Assembly (NCBI RefSeq): GCF_030144855.1
Contig: NC_082712.1
Span: 13,268,001-13,332,000 of the forward strand
DNA: 64,000 nucleotides
Direction: 5' to 3'
Source: Hypanus sabinus
Lineage: Eukaryota
This document shows positions 1 through 13,400 of the stretch, piece by piece. The notes under the pieces were generated by a model. The model was not told the origin of the DNA, ran no database searches, and saw nothing but the letters and a program-made list of their open reading frames with translations. Numbering within the stretch: position 1 is the first letter of the stretch; each line of letters starts with the position of its first letter. A program made the translations under genes and the position numbers.

Positions 1-59
1 ATAACCTCCATTTCTCTATTACATCCTTCCCATAAAAAATTGACCCGACCCACTCTTTC

Positions 60-2500
60 TAAATCCTTTTGCATCTCCTCAAAGTTAGCCTTTCTCTAAT
101 CAAAAATCTCAACCCTGGGTCCAGTCCTAACCTTCTCCATAATTATATTGAAACTAATGGCATTGTGATCACTGGACCTGAAGTGCTTCCCAACACGTAC
201 CTCCGTCACCTGACCTATCTCATTCCCGAACAGGAGATCCAACACTGCCCCTTCTCTAGTTGGTACTGCTAGGACTAAACTGTCCTGCACACATTTTACA
301 AACTCCAAACCATCCAGCCCTTTTACAGAATGGGCTTCCCAGTCTATGTGTGGAAAATCAAAAGCTCCCACAATCACAACCTCATGCTTACTATAAATAT
401 CTGCTATCTCCATACAAATTTGCTCCTCCAATTCTTGCTCCCCATTAGGTGGTCTATAATACACCCCTATGAGTGTTACTACACCTTTCCATTCCTCAAT
501 TCCACCCAAATAGTCTCCCGAGACAAGCCCTCTAATCCATCCTGCCAGAGCACTGCTGTAATATTTTCTCTGACATGCAATGCAACACCTCCCCCTCTTG
601 TCCCTCCGATTCTATCACACCTGAAGCATGAAATCCAGGAATATTTAGTTGCCAATCACACTCCTACTGCAACCATGTTTCACAAATATGTACAACATCA
701 TATTTCCAGGTATCAATCCATGCTCTAAGCTCATCCAACTTTCTTACAATGCTCCTAGCATTAAAATAAATACATTTAAGAAATTGTCCACCTCCTCCTC
801 TCTGTTTATCTCTTAAAGTACAAAGAACTTTACTGTCTCCTTTTTCTTGCTCTCCCAAACATCTGTTCCTACACTCTGGTTCCCCTCCCGCCTCATATCT
901 AGTTTTAATCCACTGGAGCCTCTCTCACAAACCTACCTGCAAGAATATTTGTTACCCTCCAGTTCAGATGTAAACCATCCTGCTGGAACAGGTTCCACCT
1001 TCTCTGGAAGACTTCCCAATATCTATAAATCTGAAGCCCTCCCTCTTGCACTATGTCTTCAGCCACGTGTTGATCTGTGCTATCTTACTATTTCTAAACC
1101 CGCCTGCACGTGGCACTGGTAGGAATCCTGAGATTGCTATCCTGGAGGTCCTGTCCTTTAACTTGGTGCCTAACTCCCTTGTCACGTAGCCCGTGATGGG
1201 TTAAAGAACCAGCAGAAATAGGAAACACCGTGGTCTGGTACTGCTACAAACCAAAGCTATTTATTAGTAACTACACAATACAGAGATATAAATGCAGATA
1301 TATCAAACGGGTTAACAATGATTATATATTTTATATTATATTTATATTATATTATATTATATTTTTATCACAGCTTTTCTGCACTGCGAGAGTCACTGAT
1401 CAATTTCCCCGAATCGATCCTCCAAAACCCCACCTTCCTGTGGGCACAACAAGCTCATCCAGTGTCCAAAACCGTGTGTGTCCGAGTCCAGCAGCTGACC
1501 TGGTATTTACTTCAGCATGCTGAACACCAGCTGTCCATCAAACTGCTCTGCCCTTCTCTCTCTGTCAGAACGTACAAGCAGCCACTGTCCTTGTGGAAAT
1601 GAAAACAAACTGCCGAGAAACCATTACATCAATCTTCTGAGCACTCTTCACTTCTCTCGCTCTTAATAACAAGGTCTCTGTGTTGGACACCTCCCTCTAT
1701 CTCTTTCTTTTTAAGAGCATAGTTCATAGGGTCAATTCAGGACCCAGTCACACCCTAAAGTCACCTTTCAGGACTTCCTCACTCTTCCTATCCACATCAT
1801 TGGTCCCTACATGGACCACAACATCCAGCTGCTCACCCTCTCTTTTGAGAATACTGAGAACTCATTCCGAGATATCGCGGACCCTGGCACTCGGGAGGCA
1901 ACAGACCATCTAGGATTCTCAATCTCTCCCAAAGAACCTCTTATCTGTCCCCCTAACTATCAAATCCCCTATCACTGCAGCTCTCCTCTTTTCTCTCCTT
2001 GCCTTCTGAGCTGAGGGTCCAGTCTCGGTGCCAGAGACGCAACCACTGCAACTTGTCCCTGGTAGGTTGTCCCTACCAACAGTATCCAAAATGGTACACT
2101 TATTATTGAGGAGAACCGGCACAGGGGTGCTCTGCTCATTCTGTCTAACCTTCCCTCTCCTGACAGTTACCCAGCTACCTGTCTCCTGACTCGGAGGAGT
2201 GACGATCTCCCTGTAACTCCTGTTTATTTCTGCCTCTGCCTCCCAAATGATCCGAAGTTCATTCAGCTCCAGCTCCAGTTCCCTAATCTTTCTACTGATT
2301 TGATGCCATTCTTTACCAGTAGAGTCACACCACCCCCTCTGCCTACCTTCATATCCCTCTGATACAACGTGTAACCTTGGACATTCAGCTTCCAACTACA
2401 ATCATCATTCAGCCATGATTCAGTGATGGTCACAACATCATACCTGACAATCTGTAATTGTGCAACAATATCATCCACCTTATTTCTTATTCTCAGTACA
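60..2500 (-). mobile_element. Degenerate CR1 LINE (ORF1 and APE endonuclease fragments), interrupted by a solo LTR
   Basis: ORF 96-509 LIGVYYRPPN..GAFDFPHIDW..GAVLDL..SSDHN; 664-858 YFNARSI..WKYDVVHICETW; 1919-2395 AAVIGDLIVRGTD (SGNH ORF1). Confidence 0.85.
1180..1752 (-). mobile_element. Solo LTR, 573 bp, 4 bp TSD CCCT
   Basis: TGTCAC...GTCACA termini. CCCT at 1176-1179 and 1753-1756. The CR1 sequence resumes across it. AATAAA on the - strand near 1260. Confidence 0.8.
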
Positions 2501-3033
2501 TTGTGATATAACACTTTGAGTACTGTATTTGCTTTTCAGACAGGTGGGGCTCATCAGCCTTGGACGGCAGCCTGCCGAGGACAAGGAAAACTCTGATTTT
2601 AGGCCTTCATTACTTGTGGCCGTACCCATCCATGGGAAAGGCTTCGGGAGTAAACCCTGAGGAAGAAATCCGTAGCCGGGGTCCTTAAAGCAGTTTGATG
2701 TTGTTTACAACTTCACTCTGGCAACCCCAGGGATGACACTGGTGCCAGACTGTATTGGTGTTTGCCCTTCCCTTGGACTCCATCAGTGACGTGGAGAGGG
2801 GGAACCCGCTGCATGGGCAACAGCTGATTCTTCAAATCTTCCCACCCAGGCTTACACCCTGGAGAAGACACAGTCCACCAGAGGCACAGACCCATCATCC
2901 CCTGAGATTGACGGCTGCCTACTGTATTTGCTACCCTTTTTGATTCTGCACCCCTAATGCACTGACACTCACCCTGATGGCTGCCTGCCCTTCCTGACAG
3001 TCTGACTGCAAGCAATCTTTGCTTTTTTACCAT

Positions 3034-3229
3034 TGTGGTAAACTATGTGTATACCTGTCTGGACACACCCCTCTGCTGACTGCTCCTGTGGCTCCTCCCG
3101 CAGACCCCTGTATAAAGGTGATTGGAGGCACTGCTCCTCCCTCAGTCTCCGAGATGTCGTGGTCATGTTTTCAGCTAATAAAAGCCTATCTTTTGCCTCC
3201 CGTCTCCGAGAGTTATTGATGTTGCATCA
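3034..3229 (+). mobile_element. Short solo LTR (196 bp), TSD ACCAT
   Basis: TGTGG...CATCA termini, internal TATAAA and AATAAA, ACCAT at 3029-3033 and 3230-3234. Confidence 0.85.
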
Positions 3230-4346
3230 ACCATTCATCCTATCCCGAGTCCCTGAACTCTAGTTCCTATCCCCCTGCCAAATTAGTTTAAACTCTCCCC
3301 TACAGCTCTAACAAACGTGCCTGTGAGAATATTGGTTTCCCTTGAGTTCAGGTGCAACCCGTCACTTTTGAACAGTGTCATACCTCCCCCAGAAGAGACC
3401 CCAATAACCCAAAGCCAAGCCCTGCCCCCTGCCCCAGCTTCTCAGCCACACATTGATCTACCAAATCATCCCGTTTCTACCATCACTGCCGCGTGGCACA
3501 GGCAGCAATCCAGAGATTACTACCCTGGAGGTCCTGCTTCTCAGTTTTCTACCGAGCTGTCTAAATTCTCTCTTTGCTTCTCTTTCCGATGTCATTGGTG
3601 CCAATATGTTTCAAAATGTCTGGCTGCTCTCCCTCCCTCTACATAAAGCTGAGGACGCAATCCGTGATGCCCCTGACTCTGGCACCTGGGAGGCAACATA
3701 GCATCTGGGTGTCCTGTTCACATCCACAGAATCTTCTGTTTGTTCCTCTGAATATCGGAAGCAGTTTTGGGCCCCTTATCTTAGAAAGGATGTGCTGAAA
3801 CTGGAGAGGGTTCAAAGGAGGTTCATGAAAATGATTCCAGGATTAAATGGCTTGTCACATTCAGAGTGGTTGATATCTCTGGGCCTGTATTCACCAGAAT
3901 TCATTAGAATGAGGAGTGACCTCATTGAAACCTATCGAATGGTGAAAGGCCTCGATAGAGTGGATGTGGAGAGGATGTTTCCTATGGTGGGGAGTCTAAG
4001 ACCAGAGGACACAGCCTCAGAATAGAGGGGCATCCTTTTAGAATAGAGATGAGGAGGAAATTCTTTAGCCAGAGAGTGGTGAATCTGTAGAGTTTGTTGC
4101 CGTAGGCAGCTATGGAGGCTGAGTCATTATGTATATTTAACAGGGGTGTTGTTCCCCCTCTCCAAGCATCTGATGAACCCAAAGGAATGGCAGAGACTGG
4201 TACAGTTTGGCACCAGTTGCATCGAGGAGTTGCCAGTCAGTGTTGAACTTAATGTAGATCTGCCTGATGGACTCCAGCTGCAGAATTTCACCTTGGGGGT
4301 TTACTCCCGAAGCCTTCCTCATGAGTGAGTACAGTCACAAAGGGTG

Positions 4347-4560
4347 TGATGCACCATCAATAACTCACACTGAGACGAAAGGCGAGATATCGGCTTTTAT
4401 TGACTGGAAGAAGGAACCAGGAGTGAGTGTCCATCATACCATGTCCTGGAGACTGAGGCCGAGCGAAAGGCCTCAGATCGCCTTTATACAGGGGCCTGTG
4501 GGAGGAGCCACAGGAGCAGTCAGCGGGGGGCGTGTCCAGACAGGCACATAGTTCACCACA
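4347..4560 (-). mobile_element. Short solo LTR (214 bp), TSD GGGTG; sister subfamily of 3034-3229
   Basis: Reverse complement begins TGTGGTGAACTATG and ends GGTGCATCA. GGGTG at 4342-4346 and 4561-4565. Confidence 0.85.
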
Positions 4561-6197
4561 GGGTGGAGATTTGAGATCAGAGTTTTCCCTCTCCTAGATG
4601 AGCTGCCAACCACGGCTGACAAGCCCCATCTGCCCAAAGCAACTGGTTTTAAAGTGTCTGTAACCCACATATGCCCCTTCACCTGTCATTAGAAACGGTT
4701 CCTCTGGGTTTAGTAGCTGAGCCACACGTGAAGGGCAGGAGCTGGAGTTCGTTGTCAGAGGCCATTTGAGACACACGCCATTGGGAGCATTTAATAGGTA
4801 GTGGGAGCTTGTCCGTATTACCACTCTCAGCTACAACAACAGTAACCCTTTACAACGGGTAGTCAAAACTGCCCAACGCATTGCTGGCACCAGCCTACCC
4901 AGCATCAAACTCATATATACACAGAAATGTGCCAATAAAGACCAGGTAACACCATGAATGATCTCACACCCACCCACCCCTCGCTCATGGACTGTTTGTC
5001 CCACTCCCATCAGCACCACACTGGGACCACCAGACTCTAAAACAGTTACTTTCCCCAAGCAGCAAGTCTGATCAACCCCTCCCCTCTCCACACCCCCACC
5101 ACCACCTCTTCATTATTTCCTGACAGTCTCCTTATGTACACACACTCCTATGCCTCGTGTCACTTTATGGACACACAACCGATCTGTGTATAGAAACTAT
5201 CTTATGCGTTTATACTTATTTTGTGTATTTTTTGTATTATTGTGTTCTTTATCTCAGTGTTTTTTCGTGTTGCTTCGAACCCAGTGTGACAGTTATTTCA
5301 TTCTCCTTTACACTTGTCTACTGGAAATGATATGAAACAATTTGAATGTTGAATGTTGAATCCGGGGTTCCTGCGGTGCATTTTGTTTCCAGCATCTGCA
5401 GTCTCCTGTGCCCCCGTGATGATGGTCACACTGCCTTCGGTGAAACCCTGGACACTAACTCCGCCTGTGTCCAGTTATCTGCAGGACCTCTTCCTCCTGG
5501 TCAGTTCTCCCCCTCCAGTCCCTTGCTTTATGGTTTCTTTCCCATTGACCTCACCCACTAATTTCAATTGCCAGATCCATGTATCTTATCCCTGTTCACT
5601 CTAGGAATTGGACTGTAAGGTCAGAAGATATAGGAGCAGAATTAGGTCATTCGGTCCATTGAGTCTGTTCCCCCATTCCATTATGTCTGATTTAGTTTCC
5701 CCCTCAACCCCATGTTCCTGCCCTCTCTCTGTAACCTTTGATACACTTCCTAATGAAGAAACTATCAGACTCCGTTTCAAATATACGCAGTGACTTGGCT
5801 TCCCACAGTCGTCTGTGGCAATGAATTTCACAGAATCACGACTGTCTGGCTGAAGAATGTCTGATACCAGAGGGTGTGTGATTCAGCTGGGAGGGGGTAA
5901 GTTCAAAGGGGGTGTGGGGACAAATGTATCTTTACAGAGAGAGTGGTGGGTGTGCAGAACGCACTGCCGGGGTTGGGGGGGCGGGGGGGAGACAGATTCT
6001 GTAGAGGCGTTTAAGAGACTCTTGGACTGATGCATGAATTGTGGTTTGGGATATAGACTTGGTGTAGCAGAAGCAGTTAGTTTAGTTAAGCATTCAATTA
6101 CGAGTTTAAGTAGTTTGTGGACCAAAATGTCTTTTCCCGTGCTATCCTGTTCTATGACTTTCTATCCAGCCTCCTGCAGAATTCTCTGGAAATTCTA

Positions 6198-6262
6198 CAG
6201 TTCCGTGCAAAAGTCTTAGACACCTATATATAGCTGGGGTGCCAAAGACTTCTGCAGTTCTG
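6198..6262. mobile_element. ~65 bp Tc1/mariner-type hairpin MITE with TA TSD
   Basis: TA|CAGTTCCGTGCAAAAGTCTTAGACAC...GTGCCAAAGACTTCTGCAGTTCTG|TA; imperfect ~26 bp TIRs. Confidence 0.7.
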
Positions 6263-7102
6263 TATTTGTCAACATGGAGCGGAGAGAGAGTTTGTAAATC
6301 TGGTGGAAGCAAAAGCTGTTGGGAATGGTGAGGATGAAGTGTGGGACGGGGGCAGAGAAGGAGTGCTGGGGCAAGGGATGGTGTGGGTGCAGACACCCCC
6401 AGACCTGAGACGCCAAGATCATCTGATTCCGAACAACTGTTTTACCGATCACTACACGGTCTCTCTGGTGTTTCCCGCTCCCTTCCCCTTTTCCCAGCCA
6501 TGATTGCCCCCTCCCTGTCCCCTTTCCCACTCTCAGTCCACAATCGAGTCCCCTATCAGCATCAGGTTTATCATCACTCACAAATGCCACAGAACAGAGA
6601 ACATTGAAGAGTACAGTGAAGGAACAGGCCATTCGGCCCATAATGTTCACTGAACCAACTAAAAAGTAAATCAACCCCCCCCCACCACCATCTCTCCACC
6701 TTCCTCACACCCATGCGCCTATCCAAACGTCTCTTAAAAGCCTCCAATGTATTTGCCTTCACCACCCTACCAGGGGGGACATTCCAGGCATCCATCACAC
6801 TCGGAGTAAAAAACTTACCCCTTACGGCCCCCTTGAGCCTACCCCCCTTTCACCTTCAATGCCCTCTGGTATTGGACATTTCAACCCTCATCTTAACCCT
6901 AATGTCGGCAGATCAAGCAGCATCTAGTGACAAGAGCCCAGAGTCAAAGTTTCGAGCCGAGACCCTTCTTCAGGATGGAAATGAAAGGGTCTCAGCCTGA
7001 AACATCGACTGTTCACTCCCCTCCTGCCCGACCTGCTGAGTGCCTCCAGCATTTTGTGTGTGTTGCTCTGGACTTGCAGAATCTGGTGTTTGCAAATTAC
7101 TG

Positions 7103-7172
7103 CAGGACTGTGCAAAAGTCTTTGGCACCAAGCTATATATATGTAAGTGCCTAAGACTTTCCCACAGCATCG
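7103..7172. mobile_element. Second copy of the hairpin MITE
   Basis: CAGGACTGTGCAAAAGTCTTTGGCAC...GTGCCTAAGACTTTCCCACAGCATCG|TA. Confidence 0.65.
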
Positions 7173-7175
7173 TAC

Positions 7176-7309
7176 TTGCATAAAATTTGCTTCCAGTAAA
7201 TGCGAAGAGTTTGTAACTACCGTCATGAGAAAGTGCACTGTGTTTGAAATGACTTCCTGCCAGCTACTAACTTCGACAGTGGCTGAGAATGTTTTTTTGA
7301 GGAAGTGAA
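7176..7309 (+). promoter_or_regulatory. Candidate myeloid promoter motifs: C/EBP-like TTGCATAA (7176), ETS ACTTCCTG (7252), PU.1/IRF-type GAGGAAGTGAA (7299)
   Basis: Motifs read directly 90-220 bp upstream of the signal-peptide ATG. Function is inferred only. Confidence 0.45.
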
Positions 7310-7395
7310 GCAGCAAATCGAGCAGCTTCTGTATTTCAGCGAGAGAATGAAGAAAGAACTGAAGTGTGAGAGGACTCCACACTGAAGCGCTGGAA

Positions 7396-7456
7396 ATGCT
7401 CTCTCTCCGGGTTTGTCTCTGCACGGTCCTGTTGTCCGTCTCAGTGCGGGGATACA
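7396..7456 (+). CDS. Exon: signal peptide [20 protein letters not shown] + 1 nt
   Basis: ATG at 7396, hydrophobic core, VRG cleavage-like motif, donor A|GTAGGT at 7457 in phase 1. It joins the V1 acceptor to read ...[13 protein letters not shown]. Confidence 0.72.
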
Positions 7457-10400
7457 GTAGGTGATTTCCATTGTCCCCTGTCTCCCCGTTGTCTCTCTCC
7501 TAAAGGCTCGTTTTACTTTGTGGCGCAGCGCGATCTATTTGGACGTTGGTTCTGCCAGTGGAGGGTTGGCGTTGGGACCCTGTCCTTCCCTGAGTGCTGG
7601 GGTGGACTGCCTTCTGGTGACGATGAACCCCAGTACTATTGGGAAGAGACGTCCAAGTTTGATCCCAGTTAAAGGCCGGGCACAATTCCAAGCCTGGGTG
7701 GTGATGAATTCGGAGCGAAGCTGTAGTGTGGTGGTTAGCGTGATGCTTTACATTCCCTGTGACCCAGGTTCAATTCTCGCCGCTGTCTGTACGTTCTTCA
7801 GTTCTCAATACTATTTGCTTATTTTTATCGTTTTCACGATCTTTCCCCTTTGCACATTGGCTGTACGACGGCCTTCAGAATCAGAATCAAGCTTAATATC
7901 ACCGACATATGTTGTGAAACTTGTTGACTTTGTGGCGGCAGTACGATGCAATACCTAATAACAGAGAAAAACTGAATCACAGTAAGTGTATATATGTGTA
8001 TAAAGTAGTTAAATAATAGCACCAAAACAGAAATAAAAAAGTAATGAGGTAGTATTCAGGGTTCATTGTTCATTCAGAAATCGGATGGCAGAGGGAAGAA
8101 GCTGTTCCGGAATCGCTGAGTGTGTGTCTTCAGGCTCCTGTACCTCCTGCCTGGTGGTAGCAATGAGAACAGGGCATGTCCTGGGTGATGGGGGTCCTTA
8201 ATGATGGATGCTGCCTTTCTGAGGCACCACTCCTCGAAGATGTGTTGGAAACTACGGAGGCTCGAGCCCACGATGGCGCCGAGTAATTTTACAACTCTCT
8301 GCAGATTCCTTCCATCTTAAGCTGTAGCCCCCCACCCCCCACCCCCCATCCCAGGCGGTGATGCAGCCAGTCAGAATGCTCCCCACCGTACGTCTGTAGA
8401 GATGGGCGAGTCTTTTACGTGACATACCAAATCTCCTCAAACTCCTGGTGAAATATAACCGCTGTCGTACCTTCTTTGTAATCACATCAACATGTTGGGA
8501 CCAGGTTCGGTCCTCCGATGTTTTGAAACACCCTGGAATTTGAAACTGCTCACTCTCTCCACTTCTGATCCCTTGATGAGGATTGGTTTGTGTTCCCTCG
8601 TCTTACCCTTCTGAAGTCCACGGTCAGCTCTTTGGTCTTACTGACGTTGAGTGCAAGGTTGTTGCTGCGACACCACTCCACTAATCGGCATATCTCACTC
8701 CTGTACGCCCTCTCATCACTACCCGAGATTCTACCAACAATGGTGGTATTGTCAGCAAATTTATAGATGGTGTTTGAGCCAGACAGTCATGGGTGTAGAG
8801 AGACTTGAGCAGTGGCTAAGCACACAGCCTTGAGGTGCACCAGTGTTGATTGTCAGTGAGATGGGGATGTTATTAGCAATCTGCACAGATTGTGACATTC
8901 CGGTTAGGAATTCGAGGATCCAGTTGCAGAGGGAAGTACTGAGGCCCAGTTTCTGTAACTAATCAATCAGGACTGTAGTAATGATGGGTTCTTTTGGGTT
9001 TCTTTGTTCTGTGGCTGCCTGTAAGGAGAGAAATCACAAGGTTGTATAATCCATATATACATTGAACTCTGAACTCTGAACTCTCTGTGACCTCATGGGT
9101 TTCCTCCAGGTGCTCTGGTTTTCTCCCACAATCTACTGGTTGGTGGGTTAACTGGTCATTGTGAATTGTCCCGTGATTAGGCTCGGGTTGTTAGGCATCA
9201 CGGCTCAAAATGCCGGAGGGGGCCTATTCTGTATTGTGTCTCAGTAAATGAATATACTTGGGAGGGGTGCCTGCGGGTGGTGGTGTTCACATCCACCCGA
9301 TACCCTGATGTGGAGAGGTGGTGGCTGCTGGAATAGCAGGGCGAGTAACTGCGTTGCGTGTTGTAGACGGTGCACACCACGACCACTGTGCACTGGCGGT
9401 GGAAGGAGGGAGTACTGACTGGGTGCTCAAGTGGTCACTGTTGTCCTGGGTTGTGTGATGTTGTAGTTGTACAAGATGTTGGTGAAGACATATTGAGTAC
9501 AGAGTTGGGATATTATATTGAAGTTGAGAAGAATAACATAATAATTTATAATACTAAAGAACACAATAAGTATTAGTACATTAGACAGCTTATATACGTG
9601 GATTGATTGTATATACATAAAGTTCCATATGAATGACAACTTTATCATTTCCTGTCAGTCACCTGAAGTACAGACACTCCTGAGCCTGGAGTCACTTTAT
9701 GGACATAAAGTCTATCTGTCAATCTATATATCAATCTATGTATAGAAACTATCATATGTACAGTATTTATATTTATTGTGTTATTATTATTGGCTCTTTA
9801 TTTTATTGTATTTTTGTGCTGCATTGGATCCAGAGTAACAATGGTTTTTTTCTGCTTCACACTTGTGGCCATCTATTGAATACCAAAAGGACGCAGAGAA
9901 CACTGGACGGTCCAGCACAGTACAGTCCCTTCAGCTCTCAATGTTGCTCCAATCTTTTATCCTGCCCCAAGATCAATCTAACCCTTCCCTCCCACATAAC
10001 CCTCCATTTCTCTTCCATCAGTGTGTCTATCTAAGTGTCCCTAATGTCTCAGCCTCTACGACCACCAGGACGTTCCACACACCCACCACTCTCAGTCGAA
10101 AACTTACTCCCTATACTTTCACCAGTCACCTTAAAATTAGACCCTCTCATATTAGCCAGTTCTGCTCTGGGTATGTAAGTAACTCTGTCTTGTTGGACAT
10201 GGTCATAGTTTGACCCCCATCTCAACCTCCCAATGAAGCCGTGTTGTTGATAGAGTCATTCCAGTCTCACCACCTTCTGAGTTCCTCTTAAAATTTTCAC
10301 CTTTCACCCTCTACCCGTGACCTCTGTTTGTAGTCCCACCCATCCTCAGTGGAAAAAGCCTGCTTGCATTTACCCTATCTGTAAAGGATGCAAGAACTGC

Positions 10401-13400
10401 ATTAGGATCTCAGCTTGAAATGTTGACAGTTTATTCCTCTCCATTGGTGCTGCCTGATTTGCCGAGTTCCTCCAGAATTTTGTGTTTGTTGCTCGAGATT
10501 TCCAGCTTTTGTTTATTGCTTGCCAGAAGCTTTACAAGTTCAATAATCTACCTGACAATAATGGACATTTTGATCGAGTGCTCTATTGGATTGCTGTTTG
10601 CAAAACTGTCACAGGTTCCACTGAAGTGCATTGAAGTGAGAGGTTTTACTGCTTGATGGCATTGAGCACTGGTTGTAGCCCTTTTAAAAGGCCATTCTGC
10701 CCATTGACCTCAGGCTGGCTCCATGCAAAAGCACAAACAGGAAAGATTTGGCAGATGCTGGAAATTCAGAGCCACATAAAATGCTGGAGAAACAGCAGGT
10801 CAGGCAGAATCTATGGAGGGGAATAAACTGTTGAGGTTTTGAGACAAGACCTTTCATCAAATTCCATACAGGCAACTGTGGGAATTGAACCCAGGTTGCT
10901 GGTTCTGTAACAGCATAACTGTAACCACTGTACACTGTAACCACTGTAGCAACTCGCAATTTTAGAAGGATTTATTATCCTTCTTCACCCCATTTTCCTG
11001 CCTTCTCCACATAACCTTTGATGCCTTTAGAAGTCAAAAACCTATCAACCTCTGCATTAAGTACACCCAATGACGGTCTCCACAAACTTCTGTGGCGATA
11101 AATTCCACAGATTCAACCCCTTCTGGCTAAAGACATCCCTCCTCATCTCCATTCTAAAGGTACGTCCCTCTAAGCTGAAGCTGTGCACTATGGAGTAACA
11201 CACAGGAAATGGTGGAGGAATTCAGCAGATCAGCCATCAACTACTGAGAGGAATATACAGTCATCGTTTTGGGCTGGAAAGGATGGGGACAGTCCACAAT
11301 ATCCTGAAATGGGAGGGTGAGCAGCCAGAGGTTGTGGTACATATTGGTACCAACGACAAAGGCAGAAAAAGGGTGGAGGTCCTAAAGACAGAATACAGGG
11401 AGATCGGAAGGAAGCTGGGAAGCAGGAGCTCGAAGATAGTAATCTCGGGATTGCTGCCTGTGCCACACGACAGTGAGTATAGGAATAGAATGAGATGGAG
11501 AATCAATGTGTGGCTGAAGGATTTTTGGATCATTGGGACCTGTTCTGGGGCAGGTATGACCTGTACAAAGAGGACGGGTTGCACTTGAATCTGAGGGGGA
11601 CCAATATCCTTGCGGGGAGGTTTGCTAAGGCTGTTGGGGAGGGTTTAAACTAGAATTGCAGGGTGTGGGAACCGAAGTGAAAAGGCAGAAGATGGGGAGG
11701 TTGGAGCACAAGTAGAGACAGTAGTGAGTTTGTGAGGAGGGATGGGCAGATGTTAGAGCGAAGTTGCACTCAGCCTTTTGGTTTGAGATGTGTCTATTTT
11801 CATGCAAGGAGTATCATAAACAAGACTGATTAACTTAGAGCGTGGATCAATACATTGACGTTGTGGTCATTACAGAGACTTGGATGCCTCAGGAATAGGA
11901 ATGGCTGCTGATTATGCCTGGCTTCAGAGGTTTCAAAAAGAACAGAGAGGGAGGCAAAAGAGCTGGGGGCATGACATCGCTAATTAGGGATAGTGTCATG
12001 GCTGCAGAAAAGGAGGAAGTCATGGAGGGATGGTCTACTGAGTTAGTGTGGGTGGAGGTCACAAACAGAAAGGGGTAATAACTCTACTGGGTGTTTTTAC
12101 AGACCCTGCAATAGTAATGTGGATACCGAGGAGTAGATAGGGAGACAGATTATTCTAATAATAGGGTTGTTGTGATTGGTGATTTTAACTGTCCTACTAT
12201 TGACTGGAATCTCCCTAGAGAGAGGGGTTTAATGGGGTGGAGTTTGTTAGGTGTGTTCAGGAAGGCTTTCTGACACAATATGTAGATAAGCCAACAAGAG
12301 GAGAGGCTGTACTCGATCTGGTATTGGGAAATGAACCTGGTCATGTGTCAGATCTCTCTGTGGGAGAACATTTTGGAGGTAATGAGCACAACTCTGTCTT
12401 CTTCACCATAGCTCTGGAGAGGGATAGGAGCGGACAATTTGGGAAAACACGTAATTGGGGTCGGGGGAAATATGATGCTGTTAGGCAGTGTGATGAACCC
12501 CTAGGTCTATCTTGCTGTGGACTGTCATTTTAAGAGAGAATGCCTGAGTGACGTCAGCCACCAGCTTTCTCAGCTCCTGTTTGATTCTCACTAAGAGAGA
12601 GAGAGGGGCAGAACTGTTCACCTCTGCAGCTTGTTTTGATTTAAGCAAGGACACTCACTCACACACAGTCAGTCGCAGTTGGAGTCGGACAAGGGAAGGA
12701 AGCCAGTGACTAAGGGGTCATGGTTGGAACTTCCGAGTGCCCACAAGGGTGGGTTGAGCATTGACCCAGCACGTTGATAAGTGGCTATCACGTTGTGTGA
12801 ATGGGGGCAATCTTGTGGAATCTACCTATGTGTTAACCCTTGCCTGGGTGGTAGTTCCATTTGTAGTTCCCTTATCCTTGTGATAAGCTACTATTGGTGA
12901 TAATCTGTAAAAGGATTTGAAAAACAACGGATAAATCCTATGGCAATTGTTATCTTGTTTTACCACCATGGAACTTGTGGAATACGACATAAATGCCCTC
13001 TCTCGACATTCACCTTGGATTACAAATCTCTCTCTCACATCATTTAATCTGAGGATGAACTGAACTTTCATACCTCACCATCTCACGATTTTAAGCCTGG
13101 AGCCCCCCCGCCCCCCGAGCTCAGTAGTTTGGGAGTTATATTTACACATATGGATACTCATAACACTGTTAACTTTTGATTATTCTTGTTTACACTGCTA
13201 TGTTAAGTAGATACTAATAAAGATAGTGGTTTCAACATCAAATCCAGACTACAGGCGTGGTCTATTGCTGCTGGCTCATTTAAACCATTATGGGTACGTA
13301 ACAAACAGGAACTTAGGAGAATAAATTGGGAGATGTTCTCAATGAAATGCACGGCCAAAATGTGTCAAATATTCAGGGAAGATTTGCATGGAGTTCTGCA

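Noticed and set aside
2620-4340. Inverted homology between ~2620-2800 and ~4140-4340, each near a short solo LTR, suggesting an inverted duplication
   Set aside because: The order of repeat and LTR differs between the two, the LTRs have different TSDs and belong to different subfamilies, so these are independent insertions of a dispersed repeat.
7461-7958. 165 aa hydrophobic ORF right after the signal-peptide exon
   Set aside because: It lies in intron 1 and includes SINE and LINE-tail sequence. No recognisable domain.
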